A DNA stretch of 64,000 nt from Prasinococcaceae sp. CCMP 1430 (taxonomy: Eukaryota > Plantae > Prasinodermophyta). The notes beneath the pieces are model-generated. The model was not told the DNA's origin and ran no database searches. It worked only from the letters and a program-made list of their open reading frames with translations. The stretch spans positions 62,001 to 126,000 of the forward strand of contig RQSC01000027.1 of assembly GCA_013416795.1 (NCBI GenBank). Direction: 5' to 3'. Below, one piece after another: positions 52,151 through 64,000 of this stretch. Position 1 is the first letter of the stretch; each line of letters begins with the position of its first letter. The position numbers and the translations under genes are program-made.

Positions 52151-52696
52151 ACACCAAAGCGACCCCTGGCCACCCTGCGAGCGAGCAGGCTGCGCTCGCG
52201 CTCGCAATGTTCCCCTTCCCCTCTGCCCTCTCTCATTTTCTCAGGCCGAGTGCACGACGCCATAGCAGCTCGCGCGCCAGCGCAGCTGCTCGCTTGCTCA
52301 TTGAGGGCGCGCGCACCCTCCTGCCCGCAGAGCCCTGCACGCGGCCTCCACCCTCCAAGCGAACCACGCGCTCGTACTGGTCCTGCTGGGGCCGAGACAG
52401 CCCCCCCCGCACGTCGCCTACCGCATTATGCCAAAGAGTCATCAGAAAAGATACCGCGGCCCCGAGCTCGTGGGGCCCGCCGTGCCTCTAGGGCCTGCCA
52501 CACTGCGCGCCGCAGGCGGCGACGCAGCCTCGCCCCCACGGGTGGCGCTGGGCGCCTCGCGAGCGTGGCCGCTGCCGCCGGCCGGGCGGCAGCGGCCACG
52601 TGGTGCCGCCTCCCCCCGTACAGCACTGGCGCATCACCAACGCGCGTCGCTCCTTGCGGGTGGAGGCGCGCACTCGCTCCGTGCGCAGCTGTCCCG

Positions 52697-54559
52697 ATGC
52701 TGCTGCGGCGCTCTGCGCTGGACGCGCGCGCCGCGTCAACCTTTAGCCTGAGCGGTGGGAAGGGCAGTGTGAGTGGTGAGGTCATCACCGCCACGTACGC
52801 GGGCCTTGGCGCCAACGCCGATCGCGTCGCATCGGCGCTGCGCGCAGCCGTGGCGACGCTCCCTGACGGCGCAAACGCGGTCACAGGGGGCATCAAAGGT
52901 GATGTCGGAGGCGTCTCGGTGGCGCTCATGGCCGACCCTGGCGCAGAGTACGTGGCGGGCACGCTCGGTGTTTGGGCAGCGGGCGGTGTGGTGGTGCCAC
53001 TTGCGCTGTCGCACCCCGACCACGAGCTCAAGTACGTGCTAGGGGACGCACGCGTGCAGGTGGTACTGGCGACAGCGACATACGCGCATCGGCTCGGCCC
53101 ACTCGCCGAGGCGGCGGGCGCCAAGCTCGTTGTGATCGAGTGGGACGCCCCCCCTCCAAATGCGGCAAGCACGGGTGCGAGCGACTGTGCTGCTGCGCCG
53201 GAGGATGGCGACGCGTGGTCGCGCACAGTGGCGGAGGCATGCGAGCGGCTGGGCGATGACCGTGGCGCGCTTGTGATCTACACGAGCGGCACGACTGGCC
53301 GGCCGAAGGGCGCGCTGCACACACATGGCTCTATTTCGGCGCAGGTGTCGTCGCTGTGCGAGGCATGGGAGTGGGACGCCTCAGATCGCATCCTGCACTG
53401 CCTGCCCATGCACCACATCCACGGCATCGTGAATGCGTGCTACTGCGCGCTCTCTGCGGGCGCGACGGTGGAATTCCTCCCGAAGTTCTCACCCACGTCG
53501 ATTTGGAACCGCCTGATTGATGGATACGAGGGCCGCGCGCCCCCCTTGACGCTCTTCATGGGCGTTCCTACCATGTACGTCCGCCTGTTGCAGGCCTATG
53601 ACGCGTACGACGAGGCAACGCAGGCGCGATGCCGCGCCGCGGCGAGCGCGCTGCGGCTGGCTGTGTCGGGCTCCGCGGCGTGCCCCGTGCCACTTTTTGA
53701 GCGATGGGAGGCGGTCACTGGTGCACGTCTGCTCGAGCGCTATGGTATGAGCGAGATCGGCATGGCGCTCTCCAACCCTTTTGCAGGCGGTGAGCGCCGT
53801 GCCGGCGCGGTGGGCGTGCCACTGCCGGGCGTCGAAGCGGTGCTGGTCGACTTCGCCACAGGTGAGAGCTGCCCGCCAGGCACGGCCGGCGAGATCCGCA
53901 TCAAGGGCAGGAACCTTTTCAAGGAATACCTCGGCAGACCCAAGGCAACGGCGGACGCGTACGATGAACATGGCTACTTTAAGACGGGAGACGCGGCGGT
54001 GATCGAGGACGGCTACTGGCGCATCCTTGGGCGCGAGTCGGTAGACATCATCAAAAGCGGCGGCTACAAGGTAAGGCAGCCAACAAGCAGCGGCTCGTAG
54101 GCGCTAGTTGCGTGCACTCTATGCGCCTTTTTGCGCCTGCCCACCCTCGCGTACGCGCGCTCTGACTGAAAGCACTCGCGCATGTGGGTGCGCGCGGAAA
54201 TGCAGCTGTCGGCGCTGGAGATCGAGGGCGAGCTCCTAACACATCCAGACATACTCGAGGTGCGCGCGCGGATGACTGCGCGCGGGCGCCAAGCGCTCCC
54301 AATGCCAGGTGCTGACGCGCCACTCGTGCAGGTTGCCATTTGTGGTGTCGAAGATGAAGTGTATGGCCAGGTCGTCGGTGCGGTGGTTGCCCTCCAGGAC
54401 AGGGGCACAGCACTCGATATCAAGTCGCTAAGAGAATGGGGCAGCAACTTTCTCGCGCCGTACAAGCTGCCCAAGCTGCTCAGACTCGTCGAGAGCATCC
54501 CACGCAATGCAATGGGCAAGGTCAACAAGAAGCAGCTCGTCAAGATATTCGACGCATGA
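52697..54559 (+). CDS. AAE13: Malonyl-CoA synthetase / ACSF3 (AAE13-like) acyl-activating enzyme
   Basis: IYTSGTTGRPKG, LLERYGMSEIG, YFKTGD, ILGRESVDIIKSGGYK|LSALEIE. Introns at 54071-54205 and 54260-54331. Start uncertain. Confidence 0.88.
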
Positions 54560-54739
54560 CGAGTATGTTACGTACTGTAGTATGTTCTTGAAGCTTTGTC
54601 CACATGTGACGCGAGGGTAGTGTGATTACATCGTATTACCGGGTGGCGACGCCTCGGGGTCGTCCGCCCTCGTTGGGGACTTTTGCGCTGCTTGTTGCAC
54701 TGGCTGTCTGTCTAAAACTTGGCGCGAATGTCCTCGCCG

Positions 54740-57700
54740 CTAAGGCCGCGCCTCCTCTGAGTTCTCTCGCTCGCGTGCACCGGCGGCCGGAGCAGGCGCA
54801 TCGCCTGCTGTCGAGAAGGGCGACTTGAGCGACAGCGACCTGCTTTCAATGCTCGACAACGATTGAGACGCGGAGGAAACGTGGGCGACCGCCTTGGCCT
54901 TCCTCCCCGCTGATCGAAATTTCCTCAGTCGTCGGCCCTTCCTCTCGGCGGTCGCAAGTGCGAGCGTCAATTTGTTCTTCAGGAACAGTGCGGTCTTGAC
55001 CTTGTCGTCTGACGGCGCGCCGCCGGCGATGTACTCGGCGCAGTATTGACACATGGTCGTCGCATCGTCGAGCGTGAGGCACGCGAACATCTCCAACTCA
55101 GGAATGTTCCGAAGCGAGCTGAGGATGCCTCCCTGCAGTTGCCTACCCATCAGCGGGAAGTCCTGCACAATCTTGCCTACAGTCTTGCGCGAGAGCACGA
55201 AGAGTGCCACAAGTGACGACGCCAATGCAGATACCGTCGAAGTTGCCTCGATGATCGCGGCGTGCGTGCCGAACACCTGGTCTCGCGCTATATTGAACAC
55301 GTGCTCTGCGGCATCGAAGGGTTCCTCACCGGCATCGAGCGGCCTCCGCAGCTGCATGATGCGCATGTGTCCCTCTGTCACCAGGAACATTCCCTCGAGG
55401 TCTTCGCCCTGCCGGACAACGATGTCGTCGGGCAGATAAAATCTCAGCTCGGTCATGCCCGTGAGGTAGCTCGCGAGCGTGTCATCGAACGCCATCAGGA
55501 AGGAGTGGCTCTTGAATTGCTCGCGATTGATATGCAGCAGGACCTCACGCCGAAGCACATCAGTCAGACCGGCCAGAATGTCCTCTTCGTCGAACATGGA
55601 CGTGTTCGTCAGGTAGTGATCATAGAAGAGCCGCACTTTTTGTTGCAGTTTCGGTGAGATCTTCCGCTCACGCATGTACTCGCGCAATACTTCGAGTTTG
55701 TCGTTGTGCCTCTCCTTGATCTGGTTGAGGCGGCCCACAAGGCTCGCCATTGATCCTACCACGTAGCCGAACACCGTGACACCCAGAAGCATGGAAATGG
55801 TCACAAAGAGCACCTCCGCAGGCGTCGCGGCAGTGACGTCGCCGTAGCCGACGGTTGTCATCGTAGTGATTGCCCAGTAGAGCGCACTTAGGTATCGCGT
55901 GCCCATGGAGATGCCCTCGACGCTGTGCTCGTCGTCATCGGGGGCGCTCGCCGAGTAGCCCAGAGACTCTAGGCACGGCACGAGCTCGAAGCCACTGTCT
56001 CTGAGCCGCGCAAGCTCGTCGCCGCCGCTACCGAGTATGGCCGCCACATCCTCGTTCATTTCCACCGCCTGATGCGTGCTCGCAAGCACGTGCCCGTGGG
56101 GCAGTCGGCAGTGCTCGTTGATCCACGCGTCCGGGTCATCTTTGCCGAGCCATCCAACCGCATACCACCCGCAGCACATCAAGTGCGCGATGAAGGAGAC
56201 CTGCCAAAAGAGCTTGAACAAGGAGATGACGGCCGGATTGACGGGTAGCGCATCCTCCACGTACATCAGGAAATTGCTCAAACGCAAGAGCTTGAGCAAT
56301 CTGAAAAGGCGCAGGATGCGGAAGAGCTTGAAGATGCGCAGGCTATCGCTGCTGGTTACCTGATCGAACGGGAACGTACTCAGGAAATCCAACAGGAACC
56401 AGCCAGTCAAGTAATTGCGGGAGATCATCGCCGGATCGACCATGAGCGCGCTCGACTCCTTGACGACATAGCATGTGCGAAAGTTCACCAGGATATCCAT
56501 CCAAAAGAAGGCATCGACGATCCAGTCGAAGGTGTACCATCCGGGCATAATCGACGCGGTGACGTTGACGTTGAAGCCTAGCCGGTACGGCACCACGACC
56601 ACACTATAGAGAATGCATATAGCAAGCAACGCATCCCAGGTCGTCCGGAATTTCGACTCTGGCACAACAAGCCACTGTGCCTCGAGCTCTTTGAGCGACT
56701 GATCCACCTCGACGAAGTCCGAGCTTGCCTTGGCACCTTCGCGGTCAGAGCGACCCGTCGCTCGCACTTCTGGTGACACTCCCGCGCCCCTGCCCTCATC
56801 GGGAGACACGTCCGCCTGCATCACTCTGAGTGTGGTACCAGAGGCACTTGGCTCTGACAGGATCCTACCCTCGCCACGGTCGACCGTCAGGTCCTGCCGA
56901 CAGATGCCTGGGCCTCTGTGCTTGCGCTGCAGCGTGCGCCACGTCACTTCCTCGCGGTGGAGCTCGCGCCTGCCGAACGCCTTATTAACATCGCCGCCTG
57001 CGCTAGCCTGCAAGTCGCCGTCGAATACCAGTGTCTGCGCCATAGTTGTGCTCGGCACACTCTCACCTTTCGATCGCGGGTCAGGCTCGCCCAGGGCGGT
57101 TACGGTGTCCGCGGAACGCGCCTTGGACATGTTTTCCACGCGCTTGGACGAGACATCCATCAGCATTACGCGTGCATCAGGGTAATACGTAAGCACGTCA
57201 TCCAGGGCCTCCTTAGTGATTGTGTACATGTCGATGTGCGTGCTGGCTCTGATGGAGGCAGTGCGCGGGCTCTGGGTGAGCAATGAGATCTCGCCAAAGT
57301 GCGATCCCTCCGCGAGTATGCCTAGCAGCACATCGCTGCCGTCTGGCTTTCTCGAAAACAGCTCGACCACCCCCTTCTTGAGAAACCACATCTCGTTGCC
57401 TATCTCCCCCTCCCAGGCGATGATTTCTCCGGGAGCCTGCGCTTGGGGTCGCAACTGAAGCACCATCGCTGCGATGAATGACTGCTCAGCATCCTCAAAT
57501 ATTTTCATCTTCTTGATGAGGTCCTCGTGTGCCTCCATGACTACCGCATTGCGGAGCGTGGAATTGAGCTCATACACTATGGCAACCTCGTTGAATACGC
57601 TCTTGTGCGACAGGTAGTACGTGTAGTGCTTCTTGATCCGCTGCTGGAGCTCTTTTGGCAGTCGCCGCTCCTTCATGTACTCGCGGAGCTCATTCATCTT

Positions 57701-59443
57701 TGCTTTCAGTGCGGTTGCGCGCACGTCGATAGTCTCGAGCAGCGTTGAGATGTTGCCGATCAGAAAGCCAAAGTACGCCGCGCCCACGAGCTGGGTCAAG
57801 ATGGCGTAGAGCATCTCACCATCGTTCTCGGCAACGATGTCACCATACCCCACGGCCGTCATGGTGGCGATCGTCCAATACATGCTATTCACGTACTTGC
57901 TTTCGAGGTCCGCGTCTTGTAAGTCGCGCACAGTGACCCATGTACGCGGAGGAATCTCGCAGGGCAGCTCGTCCTCGAGGCAGTCGGGATAGCCGAGGTA
58001 GAACCAAAAGCAACAAAGCATGTGGCTCAGGAAGAGGATAGAGAAGAGGAGCTTGACGAGCTTCAGTGCCGCAGGGTTCAGGTCGAGGGATGCCGACATC
58101 TTCTTCCAAATCTTGGCGAGCTTCTTGAGGCGCGCGAGCTTGAGCAGCCTGAACATGCGGATGATGCGGATGAGCTTGAGCTGCGACAGCCCGGCTGCGC
58201 CACTCGAGCTGCCCATGAATGCCTCAGCGACGAGGTCAATTGGCACAGTGGACACCAAGTCGATGAAAAACCAGCCCCTGACGTAGTTCCTCGCAATGAG
58301 GCGCTTGTCGGTGACCAGCAGGTCCATTTCGTCGAGGTACCCGGTGACGAAGTTGGCAACGATGTCCGTTAAGAACATGACGTCGATAAAGCAGTCGAAG
58401 ATGAAGCCCAACCCCTGGCGGTTGAGCTCCACATAGTAGCCAATGCGTACGGGGATGGCCGTCACGCTGAAGACAATGAGCACGCCGATGAAAACGTCCC
58501 ATATCACCCTCATGTTTGAGTTGGGATCGATGACTTTGGGCTTGTGCAGCGAGCTCAGCTCGATCTTGACCTGCGAGGACCGCGAGCGCAGCGCGTGTCA
58601 GCGAGTCGTGTCGAGCAGTCATATCCCATGCCATCAGGAGCTCGGCGCGCTCGAAGCTGGGATGGCAAGGTAGGTACGCGTCGCTCGCTTGTCACGCCAT
58701 ATTGTCACGTTCGCCGGCGCATATCATCATTTGTGCCCGTGCTCGCGAGCTCAAGCCGCACTCTCGTCCGCGCGAGCCAACGCACAGGCGCGCATAGCTG
58801 GGGTGCTGCCAGCCGGGCTCAAGGGGGGTGTGAAAGAGCGGAGAGGGACGACGGGCGGGGGCGGGCGTTCGCAACGACGGACCTTGATCTGGTTCACCGA
58901 GCGAGCCCAGAGGTTCCTGGCCGTCCTAATCCTCGCGGGGACGCGCGACGCCGCCTCGTGCTCATCCTCACTATCGTCGCCCTCATCCCCCTCATCGCCA
59001 TTTCTCTTCGCGAAGCTAATGAGCGCGTCGACGACATGGTCCTGACCGTCCCCATTCTCAACCTCAGTGCCCCCTATAGCCAGGTTCTGTACGGAGAGCA
59101 CTGTCGCAAAGAGCTCGGCGTTCGCAGAGCCCGACATCTCGACGCTCGCGCTGCGCCCGGGCTCATTAGCACCGTCTACCTCGCTCGCAGCCGCCTCCTG
59201 CTCCCGCTTGATATTCTCAGCATCAGCTCGCTCACGGGCTGCGTTTGCCTGGTGCGGAGCCCGGAAGTTGCCATGCGCAACTGCGTGCGAGGACAACGTC
59301 TCGGCAGCACCCGAGAAGGAGCTCGGCTGCTTGTCGATGGAAGACCGTTTCGTCACGGCCGTCCCGGCGCTCACACCACCGGCTTTGGCGCGCCTTTCTG
59401 CGCTGCCCTCCGCCACCTTGGACCCCGCAAGGCCCGCGATCAT
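54740..59443 (-). CDS. Tandem two-repeat cyclic-nucleotide-binding-domain K+ channel, 2x(6TM-pore-C-linker-CNBD)
   Basis: Exons 59443-58883 and 58570-54740. Repeat 1: GWFFIDLVSTVP, YWTIATMTAVGYGDI, CNBD FGEISLLTQSPRTAS. Repeat 2: GWFLLDFLSTFP, YWAITTMTTVGYGDV, degenerate CNBD. Confidence 0.93.
58634..58730 (-). ncRNA. Possible intronic box C/D snoRNA
   Basis: Inside the 312-nt intron 58571-58882: exact box C ATGATGA (58730-58724) and box D CTGA (58637-58634), spanning 97 nt. Terminal stem is weak and no target was identified. Confidence 0.25.
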
Positions 59444-60115
59444 GGCGGTGGAGGGAGGCCCGCCCTGTCGAAGCGGCCGCCGCCGCGCGTACGCGCGCTC
59501 ACCAGCGCGCTTGCGTTGCTCGCCCCCGCGAGCGCGCGCGTGCGAGCGCCGCCGCGGCGGCCGCCGCCACCACCGCTGCCGCAACCGCAGCAGCAGCCGC
59601 AGCAGCAGCCGTCGCGTGCCCCCGGAGAAGGGGGGGGGGGCGCCCCCCGCGCCAGAGCGCGCTCTGGCGACCCGCCACGAGCCATGCAGGTATGCAGCGC
59701 TGGGGCGTTCGCGCCCGGTCTTTGCACGCCGTGGCCGGAAATGAAAAAAGCGCACTTCTCAACAGCTACGTACAAATTTGCACGCGAAGTTCGGTCTCGT
59801 TTCGTTTCTATCTGAATCACTTTGAGCGCTGCGTTCCGCGGAATCGCAGTTGCCAGTCCAAGGCGGCACATTTCACAGTTCACGTGATGATCCGTTATTT
59901 TCGCCACTCGTGGCGGGCGCGCCTCGGTGCAGCGGAGGCGCGCCACGGCGGCGGCGCCGCTGGCCGCGGCGACACTAGCCGAGCCCAAGAGGGTGTGCGC
60001 GCTGCCTCCAGTGCTCGCGGCAGGCCTGGTGGAGGGTCTCGCCGCGCAAGGAGACAACCTTCGGTACAGTTACTGCAACAAACACACTCGCGCGCGCGGC
60101 GCGCGTGCCATAGAC

Positions 60116-60986
60116 TCAATCGCCACCGGCGTCCGCGTAGCGCTTGGCGACGTTATTCCAGTTCGTGACCTCCCAGAAGGCGCCAACGTAGTCTGGGCGC
60201 ACGTTCTTGTAGTCGAGGTAGTACGCGTGCTCCCACACGTCGAGCCCGAGCACGGGCACCAATCCCTTCGTGATGCACGGGTCCTGGTTCGGCGTGGTAG
60301 TGATCGCGAGGCGCGCCTTGGACTGGTCGTAACCGAGCCATGCCCAGCCTGAGCCCTGCACACCGACGGCCTGCGCGGCAAACTGCTTCTTCATCGCGTC
60401 CAAGGAACCGAACTCGGCCTCGATGGCGGCGAGCAGCGCGCCCTCGGGCGGCGAGCAGTCCTTAGGCGGCGCCATGTTGGTCCAGAAAATCGAGTGGTTG
60501 ACGTGGCCGCCGCCATTAAACTGCCCACGCGCGCGCACGTGCATCAGCGCGCACGCGTCAGCGCATGGGCGAACATGGATAGCGGGTGACATGCACGCGG
60601 CAGGCTATCAGCTGCACGTGAAGTGCGCGCGTCTGAATCGCGCATGCATACGGAGAAAAGCCGCAACGACCACGAGCGCACATGTGCCCGCACGCACATA
60701 CCTTGATGGCCGGCTGCAGCGCGATCATCTTCTGCGTGTTCCCCTTGGCTTCAGCCTCAGCGTACTGGTCGAGCGCGACGTTGAGGTTGTTGACGTAGGT
60801 CTGGTGGTGCTTGGAGTGGTGCAGCTCCATGATCTGCGGCGAGATGGCCGGCTGCAGCGCCCCGTAGTCGTAGTCGAGGTCTGGCAGCACGGCCGTCGCG
60901 TAGCCGCTCTGTGCCGCGGCAGCCCCTGCGCGGCACCAGGGGGCGGCCGCGCGCCGGCTGGCCGCGCGGGCCAGCTGGGAAAGCAT
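60116..60986 (-). CDS. SOD2: Mitochondrial manganese superoxide dismutase
   Basis: Presequence [12 protein letters not shown]; [17 protein letters not shown]; AIK|[13 protein letters not shown]; [11 protein letters not shown]; [13 protein letters not shown]. Exons 60986-60702 and 60520-60116. Confidence 0.97.
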
Positions 60987-61212
60987 CGTCTAACAAGCGC
61001 GGTCGAATGGGGCGCGAGGCGGGTGTGGAACAGGGGTGAGGGCGCCCGCAGGCGCGTGCAGTGTGACCGCCGCGTCGGCGCACGGTGCACGCTCCTCGCC
61101 TGTCGCAAAGTGATTTTGCACATCATTCTGCACTTTTTGATTGGCAAATGAATCCGAAGAGAACACCGGATTTATTTTGATGTGCTGCCGACTTGCAAAC
61201 CCAATGCCACAC

Positions 61213-62520
61213 ATGCGGCCGCTCGCGCGCCTCGCCGCGTGCGCAGTCGCAGCGTCGGCGGCGTGGGCAGCGGTCGGCTGGACGGCGCGAGAGGAGAGCC
61301 TGCCCGCAGCAAACTCCACGATGGTGCGCGCTGCCCGCTCGCCTCGCGCTTGCCGCGGTGGGTTTGCCGTGACTGGCCCCAAGCGCGGAGCCCGCCCTGG
61401 CAACGCCGCACCCGCAGCGGCGTGCGCACTGTTATGGCCTCTAGCTAGGCGTGTGCGACGCTGACCGAGTTCACCGTGGTGACTATCCCGTTGCGGCAAC
61501 GCAGGCATTCAAAGGCCAGCGCGCAGTAGTCGTCGGCGCCACGAAAGGCATCGGCCGCGGCATTGCGATGCACCTTGCGCGTGAGGGTGCGACTGTGCTC
61601 GCCGCCAGCCGTTCGCGCGAGCGCGGTGAGGCGCTCGTGCGCGAGATGCGTGCGGCCTCTCCTGTTGGCACGGCCACTGAGCGCGAGGGTGGGTGGTCGC
61701 ACGCGTACGTGCCACTTGATGCTTTCTCGCTCGCTTCGTGCGCTGAGTTTGTCGAGGAAGTCACCGCGAGAGCCGAGCGCGCTGGGGGACATGGGGGAGT
61801 CGACATGCTCGTGCTCACCCAAGGGATGGCCACATTGCAGGGGTACACACCCACGGCTGAAGGCCTAGACGAGAAGGTGCGCGTGTGAGCGCGCACACGC
61901 GTGCAGCTTCGCAGCGAGGACTTGCATCTAATCTGCTCGCGCCCGCGCGCGCGCGCAAATGCACACGCGCGCGGCGCTCGCAGCTCACGCTGCACGTGTA
62001 CAGCCGTGCGGCGCTGGCGATCGGGCTCGCACCCGCGCTCGAGCGGGCCCCCATGCCACGTGTGCTCACAGTGCTCTCTGCAGGCGTGCACGGGAGCTAT
62101 TCGAAGTGGGACTCGGACGTGGACCTCAGTAAGGGCGCATACAGCATCAAGAACGCTGCCGACGCGGCGGGTGTGTACAACGACGTGCTCGTAGAGCAGA
62201 TGAGCGTTGCTCACCCGAAGGTTGCGTACACGCACGCATCCCCTGGCTTTGTCAACACGAACTGGGGGGAGGAGATGCCCCTTCCCGTCAAGTTTCTCGT
62301 GCGCTGCCTGCAGCCGTTCGGCAGAAGTCCTGCCAAGTGCGCGGACAAGCTTGTAGGGGGTATGGTGGCTGCCCAGGGGGACAAGACGGGTGGGTGGTAT
62401 CTGATCGACCAGGACGGAGTGGCAAGTCCTAAGCCCGCGAAGGTGCATGAAGCCGCAAAAGGGCCCGTTTGGGAGCACATCACCCGGGTCGTCCGCGACA
62501 AGGGAACGCAGTCGAAGTAA
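61213..62520 (+). CDS. Short-chain dehydrogenase/reductase (retinol-DH/YKL107W-like)
   Basis: AVVVGATKGIG (GxxxGIG), LVLTQG, EGLDEK|LTLHVYSR, HASPGFVNTN. Exons 61213(or 61321)-61323, 61505-61876, 61984-62520. Confidence 0.85.
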
Positions 62521-62577
62521 TTATGGCGAGCAGAGAAAGCTTACGTTCAAGCATGTGCGTGGGCCGCATCTTGAGTC

Positions 62578-63885
62578 TCACTCGCTGTCGAGCGCAAGTA
62601 GCGCGACCTTCGCCCGCAGAGTCTTCAGCTGATTTTCAGCAACAGACGTCGCGAGCTCGAGGCGCGTCTCGAGGCCAGCGCCCGGCCCCTCGACGAGTGC
62701 GAGCGCGCGCGCACGTGCCTGCACGAGCGCCTCGTCATCTGCGAAGCTCGCGGCGGGCATCGCCTGCAGCGCAGCAAACGATAGCCGCTCGCAGTAACAG
62801 AGTTCCGCCCAGCCCTGTGCGTCCTCGACAGTGGGTGCGAGCGCGCCGTAGGCGCTGAGCGCGGGCCCAGCGAGCTCGTCGCCACCGTCGATCACCACAG
62901 CGTCGCCGCTCGCGACCGACGCACCCAGACGTTCGGCCTGCTCACGCTCCTCAAGCGACCACGGGGCGTCGTCCGCTTTTATGCGCTCGGTCTCTGCCTG
63001 TGCTCGTGCTGCCTGCAGGTCCGCCACGGTCACGGGGCGCTTGCGCTCAGCCCATTCGATTGCAGAGCGCAGCGAAGATGTCTCGGCATGGCCCCACAGC
63101 ATGCCATCGTCCGCGTCCTCCGACTCGGGAGTGTCCCCTTCGCTCGTCCCGTTCGGCGCGCGTCCCGTCAGGCGCTCCGCGAGCTCCATGACGGCGGCGA
63201 GCGTCGCCTCTAGCTGCACCGCGCTCTCAAGCATCGACTTGGTGAGCTGCGTGTCCGGCAACGGGCAGGGGGAGCGCGGGTCGGAGGAGGGATGCGGGAC
63301 ATCGTGGCACAGGGCAGTCAGGAAGCCCCCATCGCTCTGCTGTACGGCGTCCTCGAGCATCAGGCGACCCTCACACACAATTTCAACCTCGCACCCGACT
63401 TCGAGCCTGTCCATGCGCACGACCCGTGCGAGCGAGGCGACCGGGACGATGCCTGCCTGCCCCCCGCCCATGTCGGCCACGCAGATGTGAGCGAGCAGGC
63501 CACCGCAGCGGTCGACGGCGTCCTCGGCTGCGCCCAGCGTGCGTGCCTCGAAGAGGTGGAGGCGCTTGCGACTGCCCGGTAAGAAGGGCTCGTCGACACT
63601 GAAGCACAGCGCGGGGAGCGCCTCGCGTCCCGGCATGTACTCCCCCCGCGCCCCCTCGTCGCCCGCCTCTGCGTCCGCGCCATTGCCGCCCGCGTCCGCG
63701 GCCGCGCCACCGCCGTCCGCCGCTCCATGAGCGCCGCCATCCCTGCCGCAGGCCAACCCCCTGAGCGTCCCCGCGCCCCGACGGGACGGCGGCACGGTGC
63801 TCCCGGCGCGCGCGCTGTGCAGTGCGGGCGCCCGTAGCCCTCCCCGAGCGCGCCCAGGGTGCGGCGGCACGGAGCCGACCGACAT
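62578..63885 (-). CDS. LON N-terminal substrate-binding-domain-like protein, probably plastid
   Basis: LPALCF...FLPGSRKRLHLFEAR...VASLARVVRMDRL...VEIVCEGRL resembles standalone LON-domain proteins. No AAA+ or protease domain. Transit-like N-terminus. Confidence 0.55.
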   Translation of the reverse strand: MSVGSVPPHPGRARGGLRAPALHSARAGSTVPPSRRGAGTLRGLACGRDGGAHGAADGGGAAADAGGNGADAEAGDEGARGEYMPGREALPALCFSVDEPFLPGSRKRLHLFEARTLGAAEDAVDRCGGLLAHICVADMGGGQAGIVPVASLARVVRMDRLEVGCEVEIVCEGRLMLEDAVQQSDGGFLTALCHDVPHPSSDPRSPCPLPDTQLTKSMLESAVQLEATLAAVMELAERLTGRAPNGTSEGDTPESEDADDGMLWGHAETSSLRSAIEWAERKRPVTVADLQAARAQAETERIKADDAPWSLEEREQAERLGASVASGDAVVIDGGDELAGPALSAYGALAPTVEDAQGWAELCYCERLSFAALQAMPAASFADDEALVQARARALALVEGPGAGLETRLELATSVAENQLKTLRAKVALLALDSE

Positions 63886-64000
63886 GCATGTAGCGCCCCT
63901 CGATCGACGGCGGCTGGATCGCGGCGAGCTGGATGTATTCGCCGCATACTTTTTGCAACACGTCACATTTTGGCCAGAACACTACTACCGCACGACGGTC

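Noticed and set aside
72-63982. Hundreds of Arg/Ala/Pro/Gly-rich ORFs of 60-400 aa in the track, including long antisense ORFs over real genes
   Set aside because: Expected from very high GC (few stop codons) and from the GC3 bias of the opposite-strand CDS. They contain no motifs.

Overview
Eukaryotic nuclear DNA, very GC-rich (about 68-70% by eye) and gene-dense, with short GT-AG introns carrying a near-invariant CTGAC branch site. The gene set (AP2 factor, chloroplast sensor kinase, JMJ13/JMJ706-like demethylase, organellar HisRS, ciliary TOG protein, animal-like ion channels) points to a green alga of prasinophyte grade; Prasinoderma-like is a guess from composition only. I support about 28 protein-coding loci, mostly housekeeping (TBP, RPB4, eIF2B-beta, CGI121, HisRS, MnSOD, malonyl-CoA synthetase), plus three large cation channels. 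No rRNA, tRNA, CRISPR array or transposase was seen. Most entries in the ORF track are GC-driven artefacts. Best leads: (1) a bacterial-type topoisomerase IA fused to two C-terminal HMG boxes; (2) two introns of the HisRS gene sharing an 83-bp core at about 79% identity; (3) a tandem 2x(6TM+CNBD) K+ channel with asymmetric filters and CNBDs; (4) a CSK homolog with His->Ser and an eroded ATP-binding domain; (5) an oriented 12-mer upstream motif found 5 times and an oriented GTACTGT motif in 3' regions; (6) eIF2B-beta and HisRS lying head-to-head with no promoter space. All protein calls come from motif recognition, not database searches. Assembly gaps (N) are at 13808, 23960-24099 and 45437.
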